In this document: piece after piece, positions 1 through 12,300 of the stretch | Position numbering within the stretch: position 1 is the stretch's first letter | How the letters are laid out: every line of letters starts with the position of its first letter | Source: Auanema rhodensis | Lineage: Eukaryota > Animalia > Nematoda | Direction of reading: 5' to 3' | Length of the DNA stretch: 64,000 bases | NCBI GenBank assembly: GCA_964057225.1 | Contig: CAXKVF010000074.1 | Location: 868,001-932,000 of the forward strand | Position numbers and translations under genes: made by a program | The notes under the pieces: generated by a model | The model's input: the letters and a program-made list of their open reading frames with translations, nothing else | Database searches by the model: none | What the model was told of the DNA's origin: nothing

Positions 1-176
1 TCACGTGAAAGATAAAGAGATGCGGTTTTTAAAATTAGATTCCCCATGTCCATATTAGTCTAAAAACAAATTTTTATTGATATTGGTGCATGGTAACCAT
101 GACTTTGAAATTTACGTGAACTTTAATTTATGCTAATTAAATGTACACGTGATGTGCACTTGGTATGTAACTCGCT
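1..176 (+). repeat. Reference monomer (arbitrary phase) of the 176-bp satellite
   Basis: First full unit. Contains CACGTG at 2-7 and 146-151, TACGTG at 113-118, GGTAACC (BstEII) at 92-98, TGTACA (BsrGI) at 142-147 and GTGCAC (ApaLI) at 154-159. Confidence 0.98.
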
Positions 177-3100
177 TCACGTGAAAGATAAAGAGATGCG
201 GTTTTCAAAATTAGATTCCCCATGTCCATATTAGTCTAAAAACAAATTTTTATTGATATTGGTTCATGGTAACCATGACTTTGAAATTTACGTGAACTTT
301 AATTTATGCTAATTAAATGTACACGTGATGTGCACTTGGTATGTAACTCGCTTCACGTGAAAGATAAAGAGATGCGGTTTTCAAAATTAGATTCCCCATG
401 TCCATATTAGTCTAAAAACAAATTTTTATTGATATTGGTTCATGGTAACCATGACTTTGAAATTTACGTGAACTTTAATTTATGCTAATTAAATGTACAC
501 GTGATGTGCACTTGGTATGTAACTCGCTTCACGTGAAAGATAAAGAGATGCGGTTTTCAAAATTAGATTCCCCATGTCCATATTAGTCTAAAAACAAATT
601 TTTATTGATATTGGTTCATGGTAACCATGACTTTGAAATTTACGTGAACTTTAATTTATGCTAATTAAATGTACACGTGATGTGCACTTGGTATGTAACT
701 CGCTTCACGTGAAAGATAAAGAGATGCGGTTTTTAAAATTAGATTCCCCATGTCCATATTAGTCTAAAAACAAATTTTTATTGATATTGGTGCATGGTAA
801 CCATGACTTTGAAATTTACGTGAACTTTAATTTATGCTAATTAAATGTACACGTGATGTGCACTTGGTATGTAACTCGCTTCACGTGAAAGATAAAGAGA
901 TGCGGTTTTCAAAATTAGATTCCCCATGTCCATATTAGTCTAAAAACAAATTTTTATTGATATTGGTTCATGGTAACCATGACTTTGAAATTTACGTGAA
1001 CTTTAATTTATGCTAATTAAATGTACACGTGATGTGCACTTGGTATGTAACTCGCTTCACGTGAAAGATAAAGAGATGCGGTTTTTAAAATTAGATTCCC
1101 CATGTCCATATTAGTCTAAAAACAAATTTTTATTGATATTGGTGCATGGTAACCATGACTTTGAAATTTACGTGAACTTTAATTTATGCTAATTAAATGT
1201 ACACGTGATGTGCACTTGGTATGTAACTCGCTTCACGTGAAAGATAAAGAGATGCGGTTTTCAAAATTAGATTCCTCATGTCCATATTAGTCTAAAAACA
1301 AATTTTTATTGAAATTGGTTCATGGTAACCATGACTTTGAAATTTACGTGAACTTTAATTTATGCTAATTAAATGTACACGTGATGTGCACTTGGTATGT
1401 AACTCGCTTCACGTGAAAGATAAAGAGATGCGGTTTTCAAAATTAGATTCCCCATGTCCATATTAGTCTAAAAACAAATTTTTATTGATATTGGTTCATG
1501 GTAACCATGACTTTGAAATTTACGTGAACTTTAATTTATGCTAATTAAATGTACACGTGATGTGCACTTGGTATGTAACTCGCTTCACGTGAAAGATAAA
1601 GAGATGCGGTTTTCAAAATTAGATTCCCCATGTCCATATTAGTCTAAAAACAAATTTTTATTGATATTGGTGCATGGTAACCATGACTTTGAAATTTACG
1701 TGAACTTTAATTTATGCTAATTAAATGTACACGTGATGTGCACTTGGTATGTAACTCGCTTCACTTGAAAGATAAAGAGATGCGGTTTTCAAAATTAGAT
1801 TCCCCATGTCCATATTAGTCTAAAAACAAATTTTTATTGATATTGGTGCATGGTAACCATGACTTTGAAATTTACGTGAACTTTAATTTGTGCTAATTAA
1901 ATGTACACGTGATGTGCACTTGGTATGTAACTCGCTTCACGTGAAAGATAAAGAGATGCGGTTTTCAAAATTAGATTCCCCATGTCCATATTAGTCTAAA
2001 AACAAATTTTTATTGATATTGGTTCATGGTAACCATGACTTTGAAATTTACGTGAACTTTAATTTATGCTAATTAAATGTACACGTGATGTGCACTTGGT
2101 ATGTAACTCGCTTCACGTGAAAGATAAAGAGATGCGGTTTTCAAAATTAGATTCCCCATGTCCATATTAGTCTAAAAACAAATTTTTATTGATATTGGTT
2201 CATGGTAACCATGACTTTGAAATTTACGTGAACTTTAATTTATGCTAATTAAATGTACACGTGATGTGCACTTGGTATGTAACTCGCTTCACGTGAAAGA
2301 TAAAGAGATGCGGTTTTCAAAATTAGATTCCCCATGTCCATATTAGTCTAAAAACAAATTTTTATTGATATTGGTTCATGGTAACCATGACTTTGAAATT
2401 TACGTGAACTTTAATTTATGCTAATTAAATGTACACGTGATGTGCACTTGGTATGTAACTCGCTTCACGTGAAAGATAAAGAGATGCGGTTTTCAAAATT
2501 AGATTCCCCATGTCCATATTAGTCTAAAAACAAATTTTTATTGATATTGGTTCATGGTAACCATGACTTTGAAATTTACGTGAACTTTAATTTATGCTAA
2601 TTAAATGTACACGTGATGTGCACTTGGTATGTAACTCGCTTCACGTGAAAGATAAAGAGATGCGGTTTTCAAAATTAGATTCCCCATGTCCATATTAGTC
2701 TAAAAACAAATTTTTATTGATATTGGTTCATGGTAACCATGACTTTGAAATTTACGTGAACTTTAATTTATGCTAATTAAATGTACACGTGATGTGCACT
2801 TGGTATGTAACTCGCTTCACGTGAAAGATAAAGAGATGCGGTTTTCAAAATTAGATTCCCCATGTCCATATTAGTCTAAAAACAAATTTTTATTGATATT
2901 GGTGCATGGTAACCATGACTTTGAAATTTACGTGAACTTTAATTTGTGCTAATTAAATGTACACGTGATGTGCACTTGGTATGTAACTCGCTTCACGTGA
3001 AAGATAAAGAGATGCGGTTTTCAAAATTAGATTCCCCATGTCCATATTAGTCTAAAAACAAATTTTTATTGATATTGGTTCATGGTAACCATGACTTTGA

Positions 3101-3872
3101 AATTTACGTGAACTTTAATTTATGCTAATTAAATGTACACGTGATGTGCACTTGGTATGTAACTCGCTTCACGTGAAAGATAAAGAGATGCGGTTTTCAA
3201 AATTAGATTCCCCATGTCCATATTAGTCTAAAAACAAATTTTTATTGATATTGGTGCATGGTAACCATGACTTTGAAATTTACGTGAACTTTAATTTATG
3301 CTAATTAAATGTACACGTGATGTGCACTTGGTATGTAACTCGCTTCACGTGAAAGATAAAGAGATGCGGTTTTTAAAATTAGATTCCCCATGTCCATATC
3401 AGTCTAAAAACAAATTTTTATTGATATTGGTGCATGGTAACCATGACTTTGAAATTTACGTGAACTTTAATTTATGCTAATTAAATGTACACGTGATGTG
3501 CACTTGGTATGTAACTCGCTTCACGTGAAAGATAAAGAGATGCGGTTTTCAAAATTAGATTCCCCATGTCCATATTAGTCTAAAAACAAATTTTTATTGA
3601 TATTGGTTCATGGTAACCATGACTTTGAAATTTACGTGAACTTTAATTTATGCTAATTAAATGTACACGTGATGTGCACTTGGTATGTAACTCGCTTCAC
3701 GTGAAAGATAAAGAGATGCGGTTTTCAAAATTAGATTCCCCATGTCCATATTAGTCTAAAAACAAATTTTTATTGATATTGGTTCATGGTAACCATGACT
3801 TTGAAATTTACGTGAACTTTAATTTATGCTAATTAAATGTACACGTGATGTGCACTTGGTATGTAACTCGCT

Positions 3873-6336
3873 TCACGTGAAAGATAAAGAGATGCGGTTT
3901 TCAAAATTAGATTCCCCATGTCCATATTAGTCTAAAAACAAATTTTTATTGATATTGGTGCATGGTAACCATGACTTTGAATTTTACGTGAACTTTAATT
4001 TATGCTAATTAAATGTACACGTGATGTGCACTTGGTATGTAACTCGCTTCACGTGAAAGATAAAGAGATGCGGTTTTCAAAATTAGATTCCTCATGTCCA
4101 TATTAGTCTAAAAACAAATTTTTATTGATATTGGTTCATGGTAACCATGACTTTGAAATTTACGTGAACTTTAATTTATGCTAATTAAATGTACACGTGA
4201 TGTGCACTTGGTATGTAACTCGCTTCACGTGAAAGATAAAGAGATGCGGTTTTCAAAATTAGATTCCCCATGTCCATATTAGTCTAAAAACAAATTTTTA
4301 TTGATATTGGTGCATGGTAACCATGACTTTGAATTTTACGTGAACTTTAATTTATGCTAATTAAATGTACACGTGATGTGCACTTGGTATGTAACTCAAT
4401 TCACGTGAAAGATAAAGAGATGCGGTTTTCAAAATTAGATTCCCCATGTCCATATTAGTCTAAAAACAAATTTTTATTGATATTGGTTCATGGTAACCAT
4501 GACTTTGAAATTTACGTGAACTTTAATTTATGCTAATTAAATGTACACGTGATGTGCACTTGGTATGTAACTCGCTTCACGTAAAAGATAAAGAGATGCG
4601 GTTTTCAAAATTAGATTCCCCATGTCCATATTAGTCTAAAAACAAATTTTTATTGATATTGGTTCATGGTAACCATGACTTTGAAATTTACGTGAACTTT
4701 AATTTATGCTAATTAAATGTACACGTGATGTGCACTTGGTATGTAACTCGCTTCACGTGAAAGATAAAGAGATGCGGTTTTCAAAATTAGATTCCCCATG
4801 TCCATATTAGTCTAAAAACAAATTTTTATTGATATTGGTTCATGGTAACCATGACTTTGAAATTTACGTGAACTTTAATTTATGCTAATTAAATGTACAC
4901 GTGATGTGCACTTGGTATGTAACTCGCTTCACGTGAAAGATAAAGAGATGCGGTTTTCAAAATTAGATTCCCCATGTCCATATTAGTCTAAAAACAAATT
5001 TTTATTGATATTGGTGCATGGTAACCATGACTTTGAATTTTACGTGAACTTTAATTTATGCTAATTAAATGTACACGTGATGTGCACTTGGTATGTAACT
5101 CGCTTCACGTGAAAGATAAAGAGATGCGGTTTTCAAAATTAGATTCCTCATGTCCATATTAGTCTAAAAACAAATTTTTATTGATATTGGTTCATGGTAA
5201 CCATGACTTTGAAATTTACGTGAACTTTAATTTATGCTAATTAAATGTACACGTGATGTGCACTTGGTATGTAACTCGCTTCACGTAAAAGATAAAGAGA
5301 TGCGGTTTTCAAAATTAGATTCCCCATGTCCATATTAGTCTAAAAACAAATTTTTATTGATATTGGTGCATGGTAACCATGACTTTGAATTTTACGTGAA
5401 CTTTAATTTATGCTAATTAAATGTACACGTGATGTGCACTTGGTATGTAACTCAATTCACGTGAAAGATAAAGAGATGCGGTTTTCAAAATTAGATTCCC
5501 CATGTCCATATTAGTCTAAAAACAAATTTTTATTGATATTGGTTCATGGTAACCATGACTTTGAAATTTACGTGAACTTTAATTTATGCTAATTAAATGT
5601 ACACGTGATGTGCACTTGGTATGTAACTCGCTTCACGTAAAAGATAAAGAGATGCGGTTTTCAAAATTAGATTCCCCATGTCCATATTAGTCTAAAAACA
5701 AATTTTTATTGATATTGGTGCATGGTAACCATGACTTTGAATTTTACGTGAACTTTAATTTATGCTAATTAAATGTACACGTGATGTGCACTTGGTATGT
5801 AACTCGCTTCACGTGAAAGATAAAGAGATGCGGTTTTCAAAATTAGATTCCTCATGTCCATATTAGTCTAAAAACAAATTTTTATTGATATTGGTTCATG
5901 GTAACCATGACTTTGAAATTTACGTGAACTTTAATTTATGCTAATTAAATGTACACGTGATGTGCACTTGGTATGTAACTCGCTTCACGTAAAAGATAAA
6001 GAGATGCGGTTTTCAAAATTAGATTCCCCATGTCCATATTAGTCTAAAAACAAATTTTTATTGATATTGGTGCATGGTAACCATGACTTTGAATTTTACG
6101 TGAACTTTAATTTATGCTAATTAAATGTACACGTGATGTGCACTTGGTATGTAACTCAATTCACGTGAAAGATAAAGAGATGCGGTTTTCAAAATTAGAT
6201 TCCCCATGTCCATATTAGTCTAAAAACAAATTTTTATTGATATTGGTTCATGGTAACCATGACTTTGAAATTTACGTGAACTTTAATTTATGCTAATTAA
6301 ATGTACACGTGATGTGCACTTGGTATGTAACTCGCT
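3873..6336. repeat. Local 4-monomer (704-bp) higher-order unit, three copies (3873-4576, 4929-5632, 5633-6336)
   Basis: The order [G88+GAATTTT][CCTC,T88][G88+GAATTTT+CTCAAT][T88] repeats. The CTCAAT marker is at ~4398, ~5454 and ~6158 (spacings 1056 = 6x176 and 704 = 4x176). Confidence 0.85.
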
Positions 6337-9300
6337 TCACGTAAAAGATAAAGAGATGCGGTTTTCAAAATTAGATTCCCCATGTCCATATTAGTCTAAA
6401 AACAAATTTTTATTGATATTGGTTCATGGTAACCATGACTTTGAAATTTACGTGAACTTTAATTTATGCTAATTAAATGTACACGTGATGTGCACTTGGT
6501 ATGTAACTCGCTTCACGTAAAAGATAAAGAGATGCGGTTTTCAAAATTAGATTCCCCATGTCCATATTAGTCTAAAAACAAATTTTTATTGATATTGGTG
6601 CATGGTAACCATGACTTTGAAATTTACGTGAACTTTAATTTATGCTAATTAAATGTACACGTGATGTGCACTTGGTATGTAACTCGCTTCACGTAAAAGA
6701 TAAAGAGATGCGGTTTACAAAATTAGATTCCCCATGTCCATATTAGTCTAAAAACAAATTTTTATTGATATTGCTTCATGGTAACCATGACTTTGAAATT
6801 TACGTGAACTTTAATTTATGCTAATTAAATGTACACGTGATGTGCACTTGGTATGTAACTCGCTTCACGTGAAAGATAAAGAGATGCGGTTTTCAAAATT
6901 AGATTCCCCATGTCCATATTAGTCTAAAAACAAATTTTTATTGATATTGGTTCATGGTAACCATGACTTTGAAATTTACGTGAACTTTAGTTTATGCTAA
7001 TTAAATGTACACGTGATGTGCACTTGGTATGTAACTCGCTTCACGTGAAAGATAAAGAGATGCGGTTTTCAAAATTAGATTCCCCATGTCCATATTAGTC
7101 TAAAAACAAATTTTTATTGATATTGGTGCATGGTAACCATGACTTTGAAATTTACGTGAACTTTAATTTATGCTAATTAAATGTACACGTGATGTGCACT
7201 TGGTATGTAACTCGCTTCACGTGAAAGATAAAGAGATGCGGTTTTCAAAATTAGATTCCCCATGTCCATATTAGTCTGAAAACAAATTTTTATTGATATT
7301 GGTGCATGGTAACCATGACTTTGAAATTTACGTGAACTTTAATTTATGCTAATTAAATGTACACGTGATGTGCACTTGGTATGTAACTCGCTTCACATGA
7401 AAGATAAAGAGATGCGGTTTTCAAAATTAGATTCCCCATGTCCATATTAGTCTAAAAAGAAATTTTTATTGATATTGGTGCATGGTAACCATGACTTTGA
7501 ATTTTACGTGAACTTTAATTTATGCTAATTAAATGTACACGTGATGTGCACTTGGTATGTAATTCGCTTCACGTGAAAGATAAAGAGATGCGGTTTTCAA
7601 AATTAGATTCCCCATGTCCATATTAGTCTAAAAACAAATTTTTATTGATATTGGTTCATGGTAACCATGACTTTGAAATTTACGTGAACTTTAATTTATG
7701 CTAATTAAATGTACACGTGATGTGCACTTGGTATGTAACTCGCTTCACGTAAAAGATAAAGAGATGCGGTTTTCAAAATTAGATTCCCCATGTCCATATT
7801 AGTCTAAAAACAAATTTTTATTGATATTGGTGCATGGTAACCATGACTTTGAATTTTACGTGAACTTTAATTTATGCTAATTAAATGTACACGTGATGTG
7901 CACTTGGTATGTAACTCGCTTCACGTGAAAGATAAAGAGATGCGGTTTTCAAAATCAGATTCCCCATGTCCATATTAGTCTAAAAACAAATTTTTATTGA
8001 TATTGGTTCATGGTAACCATGACTTTGAAATTTACGTGAACTTTAATTTATGCTAATTAAATGTACACGTGATGTGCACTTGGTATGTAACTCGCTTCAC
8101 GTAAAAGATAAAGAGATGCGGTTTTCAAAATTAGATTCCCCATGTCCATATTAGTCTAAAAACAAATTTTTATTGATATTGGTGCATGGTAACCATGACT
8201 TTGAATTTTACGTGAACTTTAATTTATGCTAATTAAATGTACACGTGATGTGCACTTGGTATGTAACTCGCTTCACGTAAAAGATAAAGAGATGCGGTTT
8301 TCAAAATTAGATTCCCCATGTCCATATTAGTCTAAAAACAAATTTTTATTGATATTGGTGCATGGTAACCATGACTTTGAAATTTACGTGAACTTTAATT
8401 TATGCTAAGTAAATGTACACGTGATGTGCACTTGGTATGTAACTCGCTTCACGTGAATGATAAAGAGATGCGGTTTTCAAAATTAGATTCCCCATGTCCA
8501 TATTAGTCTAAAAACAAATTTTTATTGATATTGGTGCATGGTAACCATGACTTTGAAATTTACGTGAACTTTAATTTATGCTAATTAAATGTACACGTGA
8601 TGTGCACTTGGTATGTAACTCGCTTCACGTGAAAGATAAAGAGATGCGGTTTTCAAAATTAGATTCCCCATGTCCATATTAGTCTGAAAACAAATTTTTA
8701 TTGATATTGGTGCATGGTAACCATAACTTTGAAATTTACGTGAACTTTAATTTATGCTAATTAAATGTACACGTGATGTGCACTTGGTATGTAACTCGCT
8801 TCACGTGAAAGATAAAGAGATGCGGTTTTCAAAATTAGATTCCCCATGTCCATATTAGTCTAAAAACAAATTTTTATTGATATTGGTTCATGGTAACCAT
8901 GACTTTGAAATTTACGTGAACTTTAATTTATGCTAATTAAATGTACACGTGATGTGCACTTGGTATGTAACTCGCTTCACGTGAATGATAAAGAGATGCG
9001 GTTTTCAAAATTAGATTCCCCATGTCCATATTAGTCTAAAAACAAATTTTTATTGATATTGGTGCATGGTAACCATGACTTTGAATTTTACGTGAACTTT
9101 AATTTATGCTAATTAAATGTACACGTGATGTGCACTTGGTATGTAACTCGCTTCACGTGAAAGATAAAGAGATGCGGTTTTCAAAATTAGATTCCCCATG
9201 TCCATATTAGTCTAAAAACAAATTTTTATTGATATTGCTTCATGGTAACCATGACTTTGAAATTTACGTGAACTTTAATTTATGCTAATTAAATGTACAC

Positions 9301-12300
9301 GTGATGTGCACTTGGTATGTAACTCGCTTCACGTGAAAGATAAAGAGATGCGGTTTTCAAAATTAGATTCCCCATGTCCATATTAGTCTAAAAACAAATT
9401 TTTATTGATATTGGTGCATGGTAACCATGACTTTGAAATTTACGTGAACTTTAATTTATGCTAATTAAATGTACACGTGATGTGCACTTGGTATGTAACT
9501 CGCTTCACGTGAAAGATAAAGAGATGCGGTTTTCAAAATTAGATTCCCCATGTCCATATTAGTCTGAAAACAAATTTTTATTGATATTGGTGCATGGTAA
9601 CCATGACTTTGAAATTTACGTGAACTTTAATTTATGCTAATTAAATGTACACGTGATGTGCACTTGGTATGTAACTCGCTTCACGTGAAAGATAAAGAGA
9701 TGCGGTTTTCAAAATTAGATTCCCCATGTCCATATTAGTCTAAAAACAAATTTTTATTGATATTGGTGCATGGTAACCATGACTTTGAAATTTACGTGAA
9801 CTTTAATTTATGCTAATTAAATGTACACGTGATGTGCACTTGGTATGTAACTCGCTTCACGTGAAAGATAAAGAGATGCGGTTTTCAAAATTAGATTCCC
9901 CATGTCCATATTAGTCTGAAAACAAATTTTTATTGATATTGGTGCATGGTAACCATGATTTTGAAATTTACGTGAACTTTAATTTATGCTAATTAAATGT
10001 ACACGTGATGTGCACTTGGTATGTAACTCGCTTCACATGAAAGATAAAGAGATGCGGTTTTCAAAATTAGATTCCCCATGTCCATATTAGTCTAAAAAGA
10101 AATTTTTATTGATATTGGTGCATGGTAACCATGACTTTGAATTTTACGTGAACTTTAATTTATGCTAATTAAATGTACACGTGATGTGCACTTGGTATGT
10201 AACTCGCTTCACGTGAAAGATAAAGAGATGCGGTTTTCAAAATTAGATTCCCCATGTCCATATTAGTCTAAAAACAAATTTTTATTGATATTGGTTCATG
10301 GTAACCATGACTTTGAAATTTACGTGAACTTTAATTTATGCTAATTAAATGTACACGTGATGTGCACTTGGTATGTAACTCGCTTCACGTAAAAGATAAA
10401 GAGATGCGGTTTTCAAAATTAGATTCCCCATGTCCATATTAGTCTAAAAACAAATTTTTATTGATATTGGTGCATGGTAACCATGACTTTGAATTTTACG
10501 TGAACTTTAATTTATGCTAATTAAATGTACACGTGATGTGCACTTGGTATGTAACTCGCTTCACGTAAAAGATAAAGAGATGCGGTTTTCAAAATTAGAT
10601 TCCCCATGTCCATATTAGTCTAAAAACAAATTTTTATTGATATTGGTGCATGGTAACCATGACTTTGAAATTTACGTGAACTTTAATTTATGCTAATTAA
10701 ATGTACACGTGATGTGCACTTGGTATGTAACTCGCTTCAAGTGAATGATAAAGAGATGCGGTTTTCAAAATTAGATTCCTCATGTCCATATTAGTCTAAA
10801 AACAAATTTTTATTGATATTGGTGCATGGTAACCATGACTTTGAATTTTACGTGAACTTTAATTTATGCTAATTAAATGTACACGTGATGTGCACTTGGT
10901 ATGTAACTCGCTTCACGTGAAAGATAAAGAGATGCGGTTTTCAAAATTAGATTCCCCATGTCCATATTAGTCTAAAAACAAATTTTTATTGATATTGCTT
11001 CATGGTAACCATGACTTTGAAATTTACGTGAACTTTAATTTATGCTAATTAAATGTACACGTGATGTGCACTTGGTATGTAACTCGCTTCACGTGAAAGA
11101 TAAAGAGATGCGGTTTTCAAAATTAGATTCCCCATGTCCATATTAGTCTAAAAACAAATTTTTATTGATATTGGTTCATGGTAACCATGACTTTGAAATT
11201 TACGTGAACTTTAGTTTATGCTAATTAAATGTGCACGTGATGTGCACTTGGTATGTAACTCGCTTCACGTGAAAGATAAAGAGATGCGGTTTTCAAAATT
11301 AGTTTCCCCATGTCCATATTAGTCTAAAAACAAATTTTTATTGATATTGGTGCATGGTAACCATGACTTTGAAATTTACGTGAACTTTAATTTATGCTAA
11401 TTAAATGTACACGTGATGTGCACTTGGTATGTAACTCGCTTCACGTGAAAGATTAAGAGATGCGGTTTTCAAAATTAGATTCCCCATGTCCATATTAGTC
11501 TGAAAACAAATTTTTATTGATATTGGTGCATGGTAACCATGACTTTGAAATTTACGTGAACTTTAATTTATGCTAATTAAATGTACACGTGATGTGCACT
11601 TGGTATGTAACTTGCTTCACATGAAAGATAAAGAGATGCGGTTTTCAAAATTAGATTCCCCATGTCCATATTAGTCTAAAAACAAATTTTTATTGATATT
11701 GGTGCATGGTAACCATGACTTTGAATTTTACGTGAACTTTAATTTATGCTAATTAAATGTACACGTGATGTGCACTTGGTATGTAACTCGCTTCACGTGA
11801 AAGATAAAGAGATGCGGTTTTCAAAATTAGATTCCCCATGTCCATATTAGTCTAAAAACAAATTTTTATTGATATTGCTTCATGGTAACCATGACTTTGA
11901 AATTTACGTGAACTTTAATTTATGCTAATTAAATGTACACGTGATGTGCACTTGGTATGTAACTCGCTTCACGTGAAAGATAAAGAGATGCGGTTTTCAA
12001 AATTAGATTCCCCATGTCCATATTAGTCTAAAAACAAATTTTTATTGATATTGGTGCATGGTAACCATGACTTTGAAATTTACGTGAACTTTAATTTATG
12101 CTAATTAAATGTACACGTGATGTGCACTTGGTATGTAACTCGCTTCACGTGAAAGATAAAGAGATGCGGTTTTCAAAATTAGATTCCCCATGTCCATATT
12201 AGTCTGAAAACAAATTTTTATTGATATTGGTGCATGGTAACCATGACTTTGAAATTTACGTGAACTTTAATTTATGCTAATTAAATGTACACGTGATGTG

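Noticed and set aside
61-153. Budding-yeast point centromere (CDEI-CDEII-CDEIII)
   Set aside because: ATCACGTG matches CDEI on the minus strand, but the following DNA is not a >90% AT CDEII, there is no CDEIII CCGAA, and point centromeres are not tandem arrays.
1-176. Assignment to known ~170-180-bp satellites (alpha satellite, CEN178, Brassica CentBr, honeybee AluI)
   Set aside because: Only the length matches. I see no sequence resemblance from memory, and the consensus has no AAGCTT or AGCT site. A database search is needed to name it.
1-176. Tandem 5S rRNA, tRNA, snRNA or spliced-leader gene array
   Set aside because: There is no recognisable 5S or tRNA sequence, A/B/C box or cloverleaf.
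160-200. CENP-B box
   Set aside because: The required TTCG....A..CGGG core is absent from both strands of the consensus.
3298-3480. 60-aa ORF from the ORF track
   Set aside because: It is satellite sequence opened by one T>C at 3400 (TAG>CAG) in a single monomer. The unit length of 176 is not a multiple of 3, and there is no recognisable domain or gene context.
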